IMG/VR virus record: IMGVR_UViG_3300028797_000159
Coordinates: 1-64,000 of that record
From: a virus
Lineage: Duplodnaviria; Caudoviricetes
Length of the DNA stretch: 64,000 bases
Strand: one strand, 5' to 3'
Shown here: one piece after another, positions 39,353 through 49,516 of the stretch
Layout of the letters: the number at the start of each line of letters is the position of its first letter
Numbering within the stretch: position 1 is the stretch's first letter
Position numbers and translations under genes: made by a program
Notes under the pieces: generated by a model
Database searches by the model: none
What the model was told of the DNA's origin: nothing
Seen by the model: the letters and a program-made list of their open reading frames with translations, nothing else

Positions 39353-39685
39353 ATGAATCATAAATATATTGTTTATCCTGTTTATGGCAAAGGTAAAACT
39401 AGTGGATGTTTTCGCAACCAAACAATTATCGATAATGGAAAAGAGTTTAATGATGCAAAATCAATTTGGCTAGCAATAGCAAATAATGAGCTTAAATTTA
39501 AATCAAATGATATTCTAATAGTTGATTGGGCACATTATAAATTTAAAACTATTTATAATGGATTTGAGTCTACGTGGCATAAATTTAAAGCTAGTGAATT
39601 TACACAAAATTATAGATGGATTACTCCATGTGAAGAATGGGAGATTGATTCAAAAGGTTATATAGTTAGTGCAATTGCTGTTTAA
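39353..39685 (+). CDS. hypothetical protein, paralog of 41474
   Basis: VYPVYGK...ESTW.KFK...PCEEWEI.SKGYI. Confidence 0.7.
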   Translation: MNHKYIVYPVYGKGKTSGCFRNQTIIDNGKEFNDAKSIWLAIANNELKFKSNDILIVDWAHYKFKTIYNGFESTWHKFKASEFTQNYRWITPCEEWEIDSKGYIVSAIAV

Positions 39686-39718
39686 ATTAGTATAATAAAT
39701 ATATTAAGGAATACTAAT

Positions 39719-39934
39719 ATGTACACGTTATCATTATATGTTCCAGGCAGTAAAGCTTCTATTAATAAATGGTTGTATTCATCTTTAGAAAAGGCGCTAG
39801 AATTAACTTCATATTGGGAACAACACAAAAATGCAAGTGAATTTGATTGGTCAATTTCGTTTAACGGCGAAGTTATTTACGAGATGATTCATAATCCTGT
39901 TCAATTACCAGAAGACTTATTTAATGGAGACTAA
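39719..39934 (+). CDS. hypothetical protein
   Basis: AAGGA RBS. Confidence 0.55.
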   Translation: MYTLSLYVPGSKASINKWLYSSLEKALELTSYWEQHKNASEFDWSISFNGEVIYEMIHNPVQLPEDLFNGD

Positions 39935-40349
39935 TATGAATAAACAAGATATTGCTGAGAAATTAGAACAATCTATTCTTGAACGTGTTCATAATATAAT
40001 GGTAAATACTCCAAGTAAATTAACAATTAAAAATAAAAATGATTTTGTAGATATTTGTGAAAAAATAGATAAAATTACAACTGATGCATTTACAGAAGCT
40101 GAGAATTTAGGTTGTAGAGACTTCTTTTCTGGTTGGAGACGTATACTTACACCTTGGTGGAAAAATGGATATGATGTTTGGGAATATGCTTATGGTGGAG
40201 GATTTACTTGGGATCAGTTTTTAGATTATATTATAGAAAACAATTGTAATACAATTAATCTTAAAATTGATAATAGAATTCCAACTATTTTCTTTGCTAA
40301 TAAAGAAAATAAAAATCAGTTTTGTATTGAATTAGGTACTGAGGATTAA
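39924..40349 (+). CDS. hypothetical protein
   Basis: ORF; likely start 39936. Confidence 0.6.
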   Translation: METNMNKQDIAEKLEQSILERVHNIMVNTPSKLTIKNKNDFVDICEKIDKITTDAFTEAENLGCRDFFSGWRRILTPWWKNGYDVWEYAYGGGFTWDQFLDYIIENNCNTINLKIDNRIPTIFFANKENKNQFCIELGTED

Positions 40350-40400
40350 ATAAAAATAAACATTATATTCTAGGCTTATTATAAATAATAGCCTAGAATA

Positions 40401-40552
40401 TATGACCCGTAAATTGTATCAAAATTCATCAAGCTTGCATCGAAATTACATCAAAAATCCCTGATACAAAATGATACAGAAATTTTGTTTACAAGACTCT
40501 GAATTTGGGGTATAATATGTCCATAAATTGAGTGAGAATGGACTCATTCAAT
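40401..40552 (+). promoter_or_regulatory. repeat cassette copy 17
   Basis: Reverse-orientation box tatgacccgtaaa; -35 40488; -10 40511. Confidence 0.9.
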
Positions 40553-40571
40553 AGAATACTTGGAGGTTATT

Positions 40572-40802
40572 ATGTGGCAAGTTGAGATTGAAGAGTATAA
40601 TCGTATGACACAGGATTCTTTCCCTGCAGAACGTGAATATTTTAGAGACTTCTATGAGGCACTTAGATTTATTGAAGATATAAAAGCTTCTAATTGTAAT
40701 TGTTCAATTTGGCTCACAGAATTGATTGAAGATCCTGAGAATCCTAGTGATTATATGGACACCGATAATGTCACTTGTTATCAAGAAATCGATTTTGACT
40801 AA
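40572..40802 (+). CDS. hypothetical protein
   Basis: GGAGG RBS. Confidence 0.6.
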   Translation: MWQVEIEEYNRMTQDSFPAEREYFRDFYEALRFIEDIKASNCNCSIWLTELIEDPENPSDYMDTDNVTCYQEIDFD

Positions 40803-40824
40803 TAAATAAATTGGAGGCTATGAT

Positions 40825-41067
40825 ATGAATAAATATAAACTCACTGCTGTATTTATTAACAAAGACGCTGCTCATCCTACTTGGCCATATAATAGCCATT
40901 ATCATCGTGAATATTATAAAACTCTGAAAGAAGCAAAAGATAGGTTTGAGTCTTTTAAATCTTGCAAAGATACTATGCTATTTATAAATAGAGAGTCTGA
41001 CGGTGAATGTTTAAAATCTGGTATGTCAGATAATGTAATTACCAATGGAAAATTTTCTTTTGAATAA
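40825..41067 (+). CDS. hypothetical protein
   Basis: GGAGG RBS. Confidence 0.6.
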   Translation: MNKYKLTAVFINKDAAHPTWPYNSHYHREYYKTLKEAKDRFESFKSCKDTMLFINRESDGECLKSGMSDNVITNGKFSFE

Positions 41068-41076
41068 TTGAATATA

Positions 41077-41209
41077 TTTACACATCATATTTGTATCAGA
41101 AATAAATCGGAAATCCCTGATACAAATATGATACAAAAAAGTTGTTTACAAGCAAAGTATTTTGCAGTATAATATGTTCATAAATTGAATGAGAATGGAC
41201 TCGTTCAAT
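41077..41209 (+). promoter_or_regulatory. repeat cassette copy 18
   Basis: tttacacatcata box; -35 41145; -10 41168. Confidence 0.9.
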
Positions 41210-41226
41210 AATCAAAGGAGTTTATT

Positions 41227-41457
41227 ATGAAAACAGAGTTTATACTTCATGTTGAACATCGTTCAGGCACCAAAGGCTTTATTAATATCTTTGACAATCT
41301 TAGTGATGCTGAGTTTGCAGTTAAACAACTTGAAGATTTAAACACATCACTTTCATATTCAGGTAAATTCTATGGCTTTGTTACTAAGTGGCAAGGTTAT
41401 TCACTTGATGATGGAAGTAAAGTTACTGTTGATGAAATTCCTGTCCTTACTTTTTAA
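41227..41457 (+). CDS. hypothetical protein
   Basis: AAGGAG RBS. Confidence 0.6.
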   Translation: MKTEFILHVEHRSGTKGFINIFDNLSDAEFAVKQLEDLNTSLSYSGKFYGFVTKWQGYSLDDGSKVTVDEIPVLTF

Positions 41458-41473
41458 ATTATAGGGGCTTAAT

Positions 41474-41797
41474 ATGGCTACATATAACGTTTATCCTCTT
41501 TATGGTAAAGATAATAGTTGGCAACATGTTATTGGCATGTCAAATCAATATATTTTAGGTATTTCTAAAACTGTAGATAATATTCGTGACTGTAGACACT
41601 CAATTTGTGAATCTGAATCAAATAACGTAATTATTAATTGGAAATCATATAAGTATAAAATCATTATTCGTGGTCATGAGAGTACATGGATAAAATTTAA
41701 AAGTGGTGACTTTTATAAGCTATTTAGATTTACTTCGCCATGTGAAGATTGGGAAATAAGAAGTAAAGGCTATATAGAAAATGCAATTCAATTATAA
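41474..41797 (+). CDS. hypothetical protein, paralog of 39353
   Basis: See 39353. Confidence 0.7.
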   Translation: MATYNVYPLYGKDNSWQHVIGMSNQYILGISKTVDNIRDCRHSICESESNNVIINWKSYKYKIIIRGHESTWIKFKSGDFYKLFRFTSPCEDWEIRSKGYIENAIQL

Positions 41798-41880
41798 TAT
41801 TTAAGTATTATATGTATATACTATATGTATATACATATAATACATTATTTAAATTATAATATATAGGAGTTTAATATAAT

Positions 41881-43134
41881 ATGTCCATTGAATGCCCACG
41901 TAGAATTGATTATCTTGCAGCACGTTGTAATCAACTTGGTATTAATGTTGTACAAGCTGGTAATAAATTAATGAAAGATGATTATGTAAAAGCTTTACGT
42001 AATTATTTTTTAATAGAACAATATGGGTCAATTGATAATATTCCGTGGGCACTTAAGTTTATGTTGTCTATTGAATGCCCACAATTGTGCAGGCGCATTA
42101 AAGACCTTAAACCTGATAAACAAAAATTGTTGTGGGAATCACCTGATTGGATTGCTGAAGAGAAAGTGGATGGGGTCCGCATGTTGATCTTATATGATTC
42201 TTCTGAAAAGAAGTTTCATTTTTATAGTAGAAACAACTCAGTGACTGATTATCTTCCACAAGATTATAGTGATACAATTCTTGTTTCTATAAAAGATAAT
42301 TTTTATTATCCAGAAAACTTTGTTCTTGATTGTGAAATTATTAGCACTAATCCAGAGACTGAGACTAACACGCAGTGCTTAACACAATTACAATCTACAG
42401 CTGCGTTATTGAATTTAAATGCTGAAGATTCTAAACAAATTCAAAAAGATAATCCACTTAAGTTTATAGTCTTTGACTGTCTATATGATAGTAAAAATCT
42501 TATAGACGAAACATGGAATATTCGTCATAGACATGCTGACAAGCTTGCTTTTATATTGAAGGAAAATGGATTTTTATGTGAGTTAAATAAGGTTGTAGAA
42601 AATACAGCAGATAATCCTTATGCAAAACGTGAATATTTTGAGAAGCTAGTCGCAGATAATAAAGAAGGTGTAGTGCTTAAAAATCGAAATGCGAAATATC
42701 ATGCTTGCTCATCACGAACAATAGATTGTGTTAAAGTTAAACGTTCAACTGATGATACACTTACGCGTGATCTTGACGCCTTTATTACAGATTATGTTGT
42801 TGGGAATGATGATACAAAAAATGAGAATCTTGTTGTAGGATTTGTATTTTCTATTATGATGGAAAAAGATGATGGAAGTACAGTAACTCATCCAATTGCA
42901 GTTTGTTCAAATGTCTCTGACTTTATTAAAGAAGATGCAACTGTTATTGATGCTGATGGTAATGTGACATTGAATAAGAAATATTATGGTAGAGTTGCTA
43001 CATTACAAGGACAAAATATATCAGCACGACAACTTCGACTAACACATTCAATTATTAAGAATTGGCGTCCTGATCGTTCCCCTGAAACAACGGAAATTGT
43101 CAAAGAATCTGTGCTTAAAGCTTTAGTGTTCTAA
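41881..43134 (+). CDS. ATP-dependent DNA ligase
   Basis: EEKVDGVR (I), LDCEI (III), FIVFDCL (IIIa), EGVVLK (IV), VKVK (V). Confidence 0.88.
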   Translation: MSIECPRRIDYLAARCNQLGINVVQAGNKLMKDDYVKALRNYFLIEQYGSIDNIPWALKFMLSIECPQLCRRIKDLKPDKQKLLWESPDWIAEEKVDGVRMLILYDSSEKKFHFYSRNNSVTDYLPQDYSDTILVSIKDNFYYPENFVLDCEIISTNPETETNTQCLTQLQSTAALLNLNAEDSKQIQKDNPLKFIVFDCLYDSKNLIDETWNIRHRHADKLAFILKENGFLCELNKVVENTADNPYAKREYFEKLVADNKEGVVLKNRNAKYHACSSRTIDCVKVKRSTDDTLTRDLDAFITDYVVGNDDTKNENLVVGFVFSIMMEKDDGSTVTHPIAVCSNVSDFIKEDATVIDADGNVTLNKKYYGRVATLQGQNISARQLRLTHSIIKNWRPDRSPETTEIVKESVLKALVF

Positions 43135-43181
43135 AAATAAAACCTACCATAATATTAGCTAATATTATGGTAGGTACTATT

Positions 43182-44132
43182 TTATATAGTATATAGTGAT
43201 AAAGGCATAATAGCGAATGTTATATCACCTGATTTAATTGCTTTTCTAAATAGCGACTTACTTAATTTACCACCACTAGATGCATATATTTCATACAGAA
43301 ATTTATACGCATTATTTGTTTTTCTTTGGCCTTCTATTATCTTTCTTTTTCTTTCTTCAGAGCATGGTTTACCATACATTGGGTTTTTCTCACCCTTTGC
43401 ATTTTCACTTCTTTTCTTTCTTAATTCTTCTGAGGCAGGATGTTCTTTGAAATATGTCTTCCATCTCTCACTTTCAGCCGACCTCATTTCATCAGTCCAT
43501 CTACTTTTATTAGTTTCTATATTTTTAGCTCTATACTCTGGATCAAGCCATTTAGCTTTAGATGCTTCACTCATTTTTTGCTTTGATTCTTCTGTATGAT
43601 GTTTTCCTTTAAATGCACTTTCTTTCCCATACATTGGGTGAAGTTCACCACATCTACCATAGCATGGAGCTAATTCACTCTTTCTACCATACATAGGATT
43701 GTTTTCACCACTGTTTGCTTCACTTAATAAATTTTTAGTTTCAGCTGTATGATGCTTGCCGTACATGCCGTTCTTTTCGCCAGTTAATCTTACATCATAC
43801 ATAGGATTGTTTTCACCATGTCTATCTGGCATACTGTCTCTAATTCTTTGTTTAGTTATTTCAGATAAAGCATGTATTTGGCTATGTTCTTCTTTTGTTA
43901 CAAAGACCATATATTTTCCATATTCAAAAGTACCATCTAAATTATGACCCCACATCTCATAATGATTTGTATTATATTCAATTTGTTCTTGAGTGTCCAT
44001 TAAATGATGTCGAACAGTGGCATTTGGGTTTGGATTATATTTTAATGATTTTTGAATCTTCCTAGATTTTAAATCATATTCACGAACATTAGCACCAGAA
44101 TGAACGGCTTTCCAATATTCTTTCATATTCAT
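43182..44132 (-). CDS. HNH/NUMOD3 homing-type endonuclease, paralog of 38308
   Basis: SLKYN.NPNA..HHL.DT.EQI...DGTFEYGKY..FVTKE shared; NPMYG repeats. Confidence 0.8.
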   Translation of the reverse strand: MNMKEYWKAVHSGANVREYDLKSRKIQKSLKYNPNPNATVRHHLMDTQEQIEYNTNHYEMWGHNLDGTFEYGKYMVFVTKEEHSQIHALSEITKQRIRDSMPDRHGENNPMYDVRLTGEKNGMYGKHHTAETKNLLSEANSGENNPMYGRKSELAPCYGRCGELHPMYGKESAFKGKHHTEESKQKMSEASKAKWLDPEYRAKNIETNKSRWTDEMRSAESERWKTYFKEHPASEELRKKRSENAKGEKNPMYGKPCSEERKRKIIEGQRKTNNAYKFLYEIYASSGGKLSKSLFRKAIKSGDITFAIMPLSLYTI

Positions 44133-44349
44133 ATATACCTCGCATACAACAATAGTTTTAACAGTTTTATTATTTGATATAAAGTATAAAGGTGCTGATG
44201 GTTGTGAAAAAATTAAAGAATCAGAATTGAGGTCATTAATATTTTAATAATTTATGTTTATAGGTAATATCAAAATATTATATTTGCAATAATTTACAAG
44301 TCATAATAATATTGAATTACTTATAAACATATAAAATAGGTGAATAACA

Positions 44350-45129
44350 ATGGCACTAAATATTAAAAATGGATTAGTCCAAATTAATGAAACTTCTGAA
44401 GAACGTATTATTAATGTCCATCTTAAAAATGGATTTGCAATGTTAACTGCATTTAGAAGTGAGTTTTCATTTTCTGAAAATAGATCTAGAAATAGACAGC
44501 TAGCAAATGATTTAAAAAATTTAGGTTATAGCTATATAAAAATAACTGGCGGTTATATTGAAACAATTACACCTGATAATCCAAATTGGGATGATGCTGA
44601 TATCATATATGGTAGGGATGATATTAGACAACTTCCTATTATGGAAGAATCATTTTTAGTTACCATGTTTAATTATAAAACAGGTGAATCTACTGATTTT
44701 AAATCATTTAGAAATGATATGATTAAACTTGGTATTAAGTATGAACAGGATTCAATACTTATTGCACCGCCAAAAGATACAGGTAAACCTGCATATATTA
44801 TTACCAATAGTAGATCAGGCGATGTTGGAAGCATTGATTGTGAATTTAGTAATTTGTCTGTAGCAAATGTAGCTAATACATATTTTTCAATGAAAGAAAA
44901 GACGATAAATAAAGCTCGAGCAAAACGTCGAGAAGGTGTAGGTGGTATTAAATTTGAATCAGCATGGCTAGATGAGCCAGCGCATACTGTCTCAGGCGTT
45001 AGAATTCGTGATAATAGAAATGAGATACCACCATTTGGTAGTCATTACTATAATATGAGCAATCTCAATAAAGATTCTATGCTAGAAGCACGAATTCGTA
45101 AACTTGAAAAGATGCTTAATATTAAATAA
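44350..45129 (+). CDS. DUF3293-like phage protein with C-terminal LEARIRKLEK
   Basis: AMLTAFRS, NRQLANDL..LGY, EESFLV, YEQDSIL. Confidence 0.55.
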   Translation: MALNIKNGLVQINETSEERIINVHLKNGFAMLTAFRSEFSFSENRSRNRQLANDLKNLGYSYIKITGGYIETITPDNPNWDDADIIYGRDDIRQLPIMEESFLVTMFNYKTGESTDFKSFRNDMIKLGIKYEQDSILIAPPKDTGKPAYIITNSRSGDVGSIDCEFSNLSVANVANTYFSMKEKTINKARAKRREGVGGIKFESAWLDEPAHTVSGVRIRDNRNEIPPFGSHYYNMSNLNKDSMLEARIRKLEKMLNIK

Positions 45130-45162
45130 ATTAGTTTGAAACCTGTTGATTAGGGATTATAT

Positions 45163-46836
45163 ATGAAAAAGCCACGGTTACTGCTAATAATGTTGTTGTT
45201 TTTAAGCTGTGTGATTAATATAGCTTGTTCAGATGAAATTTCATCTCAAAAAGATGATATAGTATTACCTACAGCACTGACTATGAATACACACGCTATG
45301 ATCAATGGCACAAAGGATAGAACAGAGGCACACAAAGCTGTTGTTAGTTTATATCTGAGTGGTGCTCGTGGCTATGCTGATCAAAGCATCTGCACAGGTA
45401 CATTAATACATCCACAGTGGGTTATTACAGCTGCACATTGTGTAACTGAAGATGGCTATAATGGACCAGTTGTAAGTTCTTTAAAGCCATATATTAAAAT
45501 AGGCGTAGGAAATACGGAAGCTCAAATTGCAAAAAATTTACATGATATTGCAATAATATATTTCCATGAGAATTATGGTGATGTTAACATTAATAGTAAA
45601 TATGGCACAATTCGCGATGATATTGCACTAATTAAACTGAGAACACCAATTTCAGAAAATGTTGTAAAACCTATACTTCCACTTCCAAGTTGGTTAGGTA
45701 TTAATCGTGCAGCTATCCGAAATGGCGTAAATATGGAATTCGTCGGATTCGGTTATGATGAAAAAGGCAACGCAGGCACAAAAATAAGTTTTACTGCGCC
45801 AATCACATCTTATTGTGGTACCGCTGATGGTGATGCTGCAAAAGGCTGTGAATATGGATCTGTTCTTGTTAATGGTTGTCATCCAGACAAGGATATGTGC
45901 AACAGCTGGTCATATTACAGATATTGCACAAATGGCTATTTCTGCCTGAGTAATTATACTGAATATGTTTGGCTTTCACATGGTAGTATTTATTATGAAC
46001 AAGATGATGGTGGTCCATGTCAAGGTGATTCAGGTGGACCGGCATTTTATACATACGGTGGTGTAGAATATGTTGCAGGCTTAACAAGCTATGGTGATCC
46101 TGCATGCGCGAAAACTGGTATTTCAACAGCTGTTCAGGATTATACAGATTGGATTTTGAGTAAGGTACCAGAAGTTGCATTTGGTTATGTAGAAGTATGC
46201 GATAATGGTATTGATGATAATAATAATGGTCTTGCTGATTGTGCTGACTTTGCTTGTGCTTCCAAACCTAACTGTGGTGCAGTTAATCCTGATCCTGTAA
46301 TTCCAGATGAACCTATCATTCCTGATAATATAGATGATCCTATAATTCCTGATGAACCTATCATTCCTGATGAATCAATCGACACAGACCCTGTAATTCC
46401 AGAAATATCACCAATGTATGTTGAAGATTTTTCTGGCATCAGCAACGGTTGGCCCAATACGTGGTACACGACGAACTCATTTGAAAGCCTCAGCACCGGT
46501 GTGAAATGGTCATACTATGGCCGTACCGACCTCGATAATTATGCAATTGATGGTGAAGGTTTGATGATCAAGGGTAGCGGCTATATTTTTGGAACTGTAA
46601 GCGGTGGTATTAGTTCAGTCTCAGTTGATGTTAAGAAAGCTTTTACAAGTAAGAAAAAACGTGAAGTTGCATTATATGTTAATGGTATTATTTGTGCAAC
46701 AGCTAATATTGATTCCTCGGATGTCGTTAAGCTTTCATGCGATGATATCAACCGTCCAGGAGATGTGAAGATTATGGTCGATGAAATTGGTCAACAAGTT
46801 GTCATTGATAACCTGACTTGGACATCATTCAAATAA
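45163..46836 (+). CDS. trypsin-like (S1) serine protease lipoprotein
   Basis: Signal peptide with IACS; CTGTLI..WVITAAHC, DDIALIKL, CQGDSGGP; Cys-rich CDNGIDDNNNGLADC; PxIPD repeats. Confidence 0.9.
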   Translation: MKKPRLLLIMLLFLSCVINIACSDEISSQKDDIVLPTALTMNTHAMINGTKDRTEAHKAVVSLYLSGARGYADQSICTGTLIHPQWVITAAHCVTEDGYNGPVVSSLKPYIKIGVGNTEAQIAKNLHDIAIIYFHENYGDVNINSKYGTIRDDIALIKLRTPISENVVKPILPLPSWLGINRAAIRNGVNMEFVGFGYDEKGNAGTKISFTAPITSYCGTADGDAAKGCEYGSVLVNGCHPDKDMCNSWSYYRYCTNGYFCLSNYTEYVWLSHGSIYYEQDDGGPCQGDSGGPAFYTYGGVEYVAGLTSYGDPACAKTGISTAVQDYTDWILSKVPEVAFGYVEVCDNGIDDNNNGLADCADFACASKPNCGAVNPDPVIPDEPIIPDNIDDPIIPDEPIIPDESIDTDPVIPEISPMYVEDFSGISNGWPNTWYTTNSFESLSTGVKWSYYGRTDLDNYAIDGEGLMIKGSGYIFGTVSGGISSVSVDVKKAFTSKKKREVALYVNGIICATANIDSSDVVKLSCDDINRPGDVKIMVDEIGQQVVIDNLTWTSFK

Positions 46837-46900
46837 TATATTATAATTAATATTATTAATCCCTAATATAGTATTTATTCTATATTAGGGATTTTTATTT

Positions 46901-47019
46901 TGTATCAAGCAATAAATCGAAAATCCCTGATACAAAAATGATACAAAAAATTTGTTTACAAACAAATTACTTTGCAGTATAATATGCCTACAAAATGAAT
47001 GAGAATGGACTCATTCAAT
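46901..47019 (+). promoter_or_regulatory. repeat cassette copy 19
   Basis: -35 46955; -10 46978; canonical hairpin. Confidence 0.9.
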
Positions 47020-47179
47020 ATTGCAAATAAGGAACATACAAATGTTGACAATGCTTGAATTGACTATTATTGCTATTGCTTTCTTTGCATTTTATGGTTT
47101 AATTGGTAAATGGATTAAACTGACTGAAGAAAATATTTATAAAGTAAATCATATTTAATATTTTAAATATAGGTGTTTT

Positions 47180-49501
47180 ATGACAAATAAATTTTATGAA
47201 TCAATTAAATATGCAACACAAGAATCACAAGTGCAAGAAGCATATAATAATGTATTTAAGTCATATTTCAATATTTCTTTAATTGAAAGAAAACATCAGT
47301 GCGATGGTTATTTTAAAACTGTCACACAAAATGGTAAAGATATATCAGTGCTTATTGAATATAAATACGATATTCATATGAAAGATAGGGTACAACGTAG
47401 TAAGGTTATTGCACAATGTTTAGGTTATATTAAAAAATTTGAAGAATCTGGTGAAAACATTCCTAAACTTATTTTCATTGGTGATATTAATGAATGCACT
47501 TTAATTCATACAAATGATATTATTAATCTACTAGACACTGAAGGTGTTGATTGGTCTATACCACCATCAAATATGAGTGATGCTAACCCAAATCTAGTAT
47601 TAGCAATAGCTAATACAGTAAATCCATGGGTTTATGATGTAAATGATGATTTTAATATTAAAGATGTAGTTGATAAGATAGTTGACCTATGCAGCAACAT
47701 AAGTAGAAAATTACATATCACAGAAAAGAATATTGAAAAAGTGTATAATCTATTTTGTGACAGGGTTATTAAAGATAAGAAAAAGATTCCAGCAAATGAT
47801 TTGGTTGGAACATTTATTGGTGTGATGCTTGACGCCGAACATTATTATCAACACCCAAAGAAAAAGAATATTCTTATTGCTAATGATAAACAAGTAGCTA
47901 TTAATGGTGATCAGTTTGAATTGTTTATGCAAATGCACTCAACTGAATACTCACCAAAAGAAAAACGAATTATGACTGCTATTAGTGATCGTCTTATTGA
48001 AGATACTAATAGACGTAATAAAGGTGAATTTTATACACCTACATTATTCGTAGATTATGCACATGGCATGATTGAAAAAGAATTAGGCTCTCATTGGAAA
48101 GAGAATTATGTAGTATGGGATCCAGCTGCTGGAACGCTTAATTTGACTAGGGATTATAAATTTAAAGAGCTATATTGCAGCACATTAGAACAAGCTGAAT
48201 TAGATATTAGTAAAAATTATAATAAAGAAGCAACAAAGTTTCAATTTGATTTTTTAAATGATAGTCTTGATGATTTAAAAGTAAAAGCACCTGGATTATT
48301 AGAAGCATTTGAATTAAATAAACCTATTTGCTTCTTCATTAATCCTCCTTATGGTAGTGTTGGAAAAAGTGAAGGTGGTAAGGGTGACAAAGGATTGACA
48401 GCTGGTGAGGCAAACTCTAGAGTAAAAGAACGAGCTATTTGTCAAGTACGTGATTTACTAGTTCAATTCATTTACAGAATAACTGAAATTAAAGAAAATT
48501 ATAAATTAACTAACTGTTATCTGGCTTGTTTTACAAAACCTACATGGTTAACAGCAAATATTTATAAACCATTTAGAAAATTATTTATGAGTAATTTTGA
48601 ATACAGGTCTGGCATACTATTTAATGCTGGTGAGTTTGCTAATGTGAGTGCCAAGTGGGGAATTACATTTAATATTTGGAAAACTGGTAAGTACGAATCA
48701 TCAGAATATATTCATAGTTTAGTTAAATCAGTTGATTCAGAAGTTAAAGTTGTAGGTGTCAAATGTTTATACAATAAAGATGACACAACTCACAATATCA
48801 GTAAATTATTAACTAAACATGGGAATAGTCTTAATTTAAGATGTTCTCACAGGGAAGATGTACAACACTTTAATTATAATGGTATTTACACTCATGGTGG
48901 TGAAAAAGATATAAACGGTATAAATTTTGAAGATGCTATTATTTACACATCAGCAAGAACACTAACAGTTTCATCATGGATTAATGATAAAGATAGACTT
49001 TTAGAGCCAAACAAAAGGCACCATCAATATAAACAATTTTACTTAGACTCTATTATATTAAATATTTTTAGTTATCAACAGTCTTACAGATTTAATGACA
49101 GACCTGATGAGATAAATAATTATTTCTGGATGTCAAAACAAGAAATACTTGATCTTGCAGAAGAGTATAATAATGACTATACATATGAAGATGCTTTAAA
49201 TTCAGATGAAAGATTTGTATATACAAAACTACAAGAGATTAAAGATGATTTATCACCTGAAGCAAAAGCTGTATTAGACAAAGCGACAGAGCTTGTTAAG
49301 AAGTCTTTTAAATATCGCGAATTATTTAATGACTCTCATCCTGAATATCAAATCAATAATTGGGATTGCGGATGGTATCAGCTTAAAGCTTTATTAAAAG
49401 AATTCATGTCAAATGAATTAAAAGAATTTAGGGCATTATATAAACAACTAGCTGATAAAATGCGGCCTATGATTTATGAATTAGGTTTCTTAAGAAAATA
49501 G
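47180..49501 (+). CDS. type IIG-like restriction-modification fusion (PD-ExK nuclease plus N6-adenine MTase)
   Basis: CDGYF...LIEYK; GEFYTP; VWDPAAGT; FFINPPY. Confidence 0.8.
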   Translation: MTNKFYESIKYATQESQVQEAYNNVFKSYFNISLIERKHQCDGYFKTVTQNGKDISVLIEYKYDIHMKDRVQRSKVIAQCLGYIKKFEESGENIPKLIFIGDINECTLIHTNDIINLLDTEGVDWSIPPSNMSDANPNLVLAIANTVNPWVYDVNDDFNIKDVVDKIVDLCSNISRKLHITEKNIEKVYNLFCDRVIKDKKKIPANDLVGTFIGVMLDAEHYYQHPKKKNILIANDKQVAINGDQFELFMQMHSTEYSPKEKRIMTAISDRLIEDTNRRNKGEFYTPTLFVDYAHGMIEKELGSHWKENYVVWDPAAGTLNLTRDYKFKELYCSTLEQAELDISKNYNKEATKFQFDFLNDSLDDLKVKAPGLLEAFELNKPICFFINPPYGSVGKSEGGKGDKGLTAGEANSRVKERAICQVRDLLVQFIYRITEIKENYKLTNCYLACFTKPTWLTANIYKPFRKLFMSNFEYRSGILFNAGEFANVSAKWGITFNIWKTGKYESSEYIHSLVKSVDSEVKVVGVKCLYNKDDTTHNISKLLTKHGNSLNLRCSHREDVQHFNYNGIYTHGGEKDINGINFEDAIIYTSARTLTVSSWINDKDRLLEPNKRHHQYKQFYLDSIILNIFSYQQSYRFNDRPDEINNYFWMSKQEILDLAEEYNNDYTYEDALNSDERFVYTKLQEIKDDLSPEAKAVLDKATELVKKSFKYRELFNDSHPEYQINNWDCGWYQLKALLKEFMSNELKEFRALYKQLADKMRPMIYELGFLRK

Positions 49502-49516
49502 TTATAAGGTAATAAT

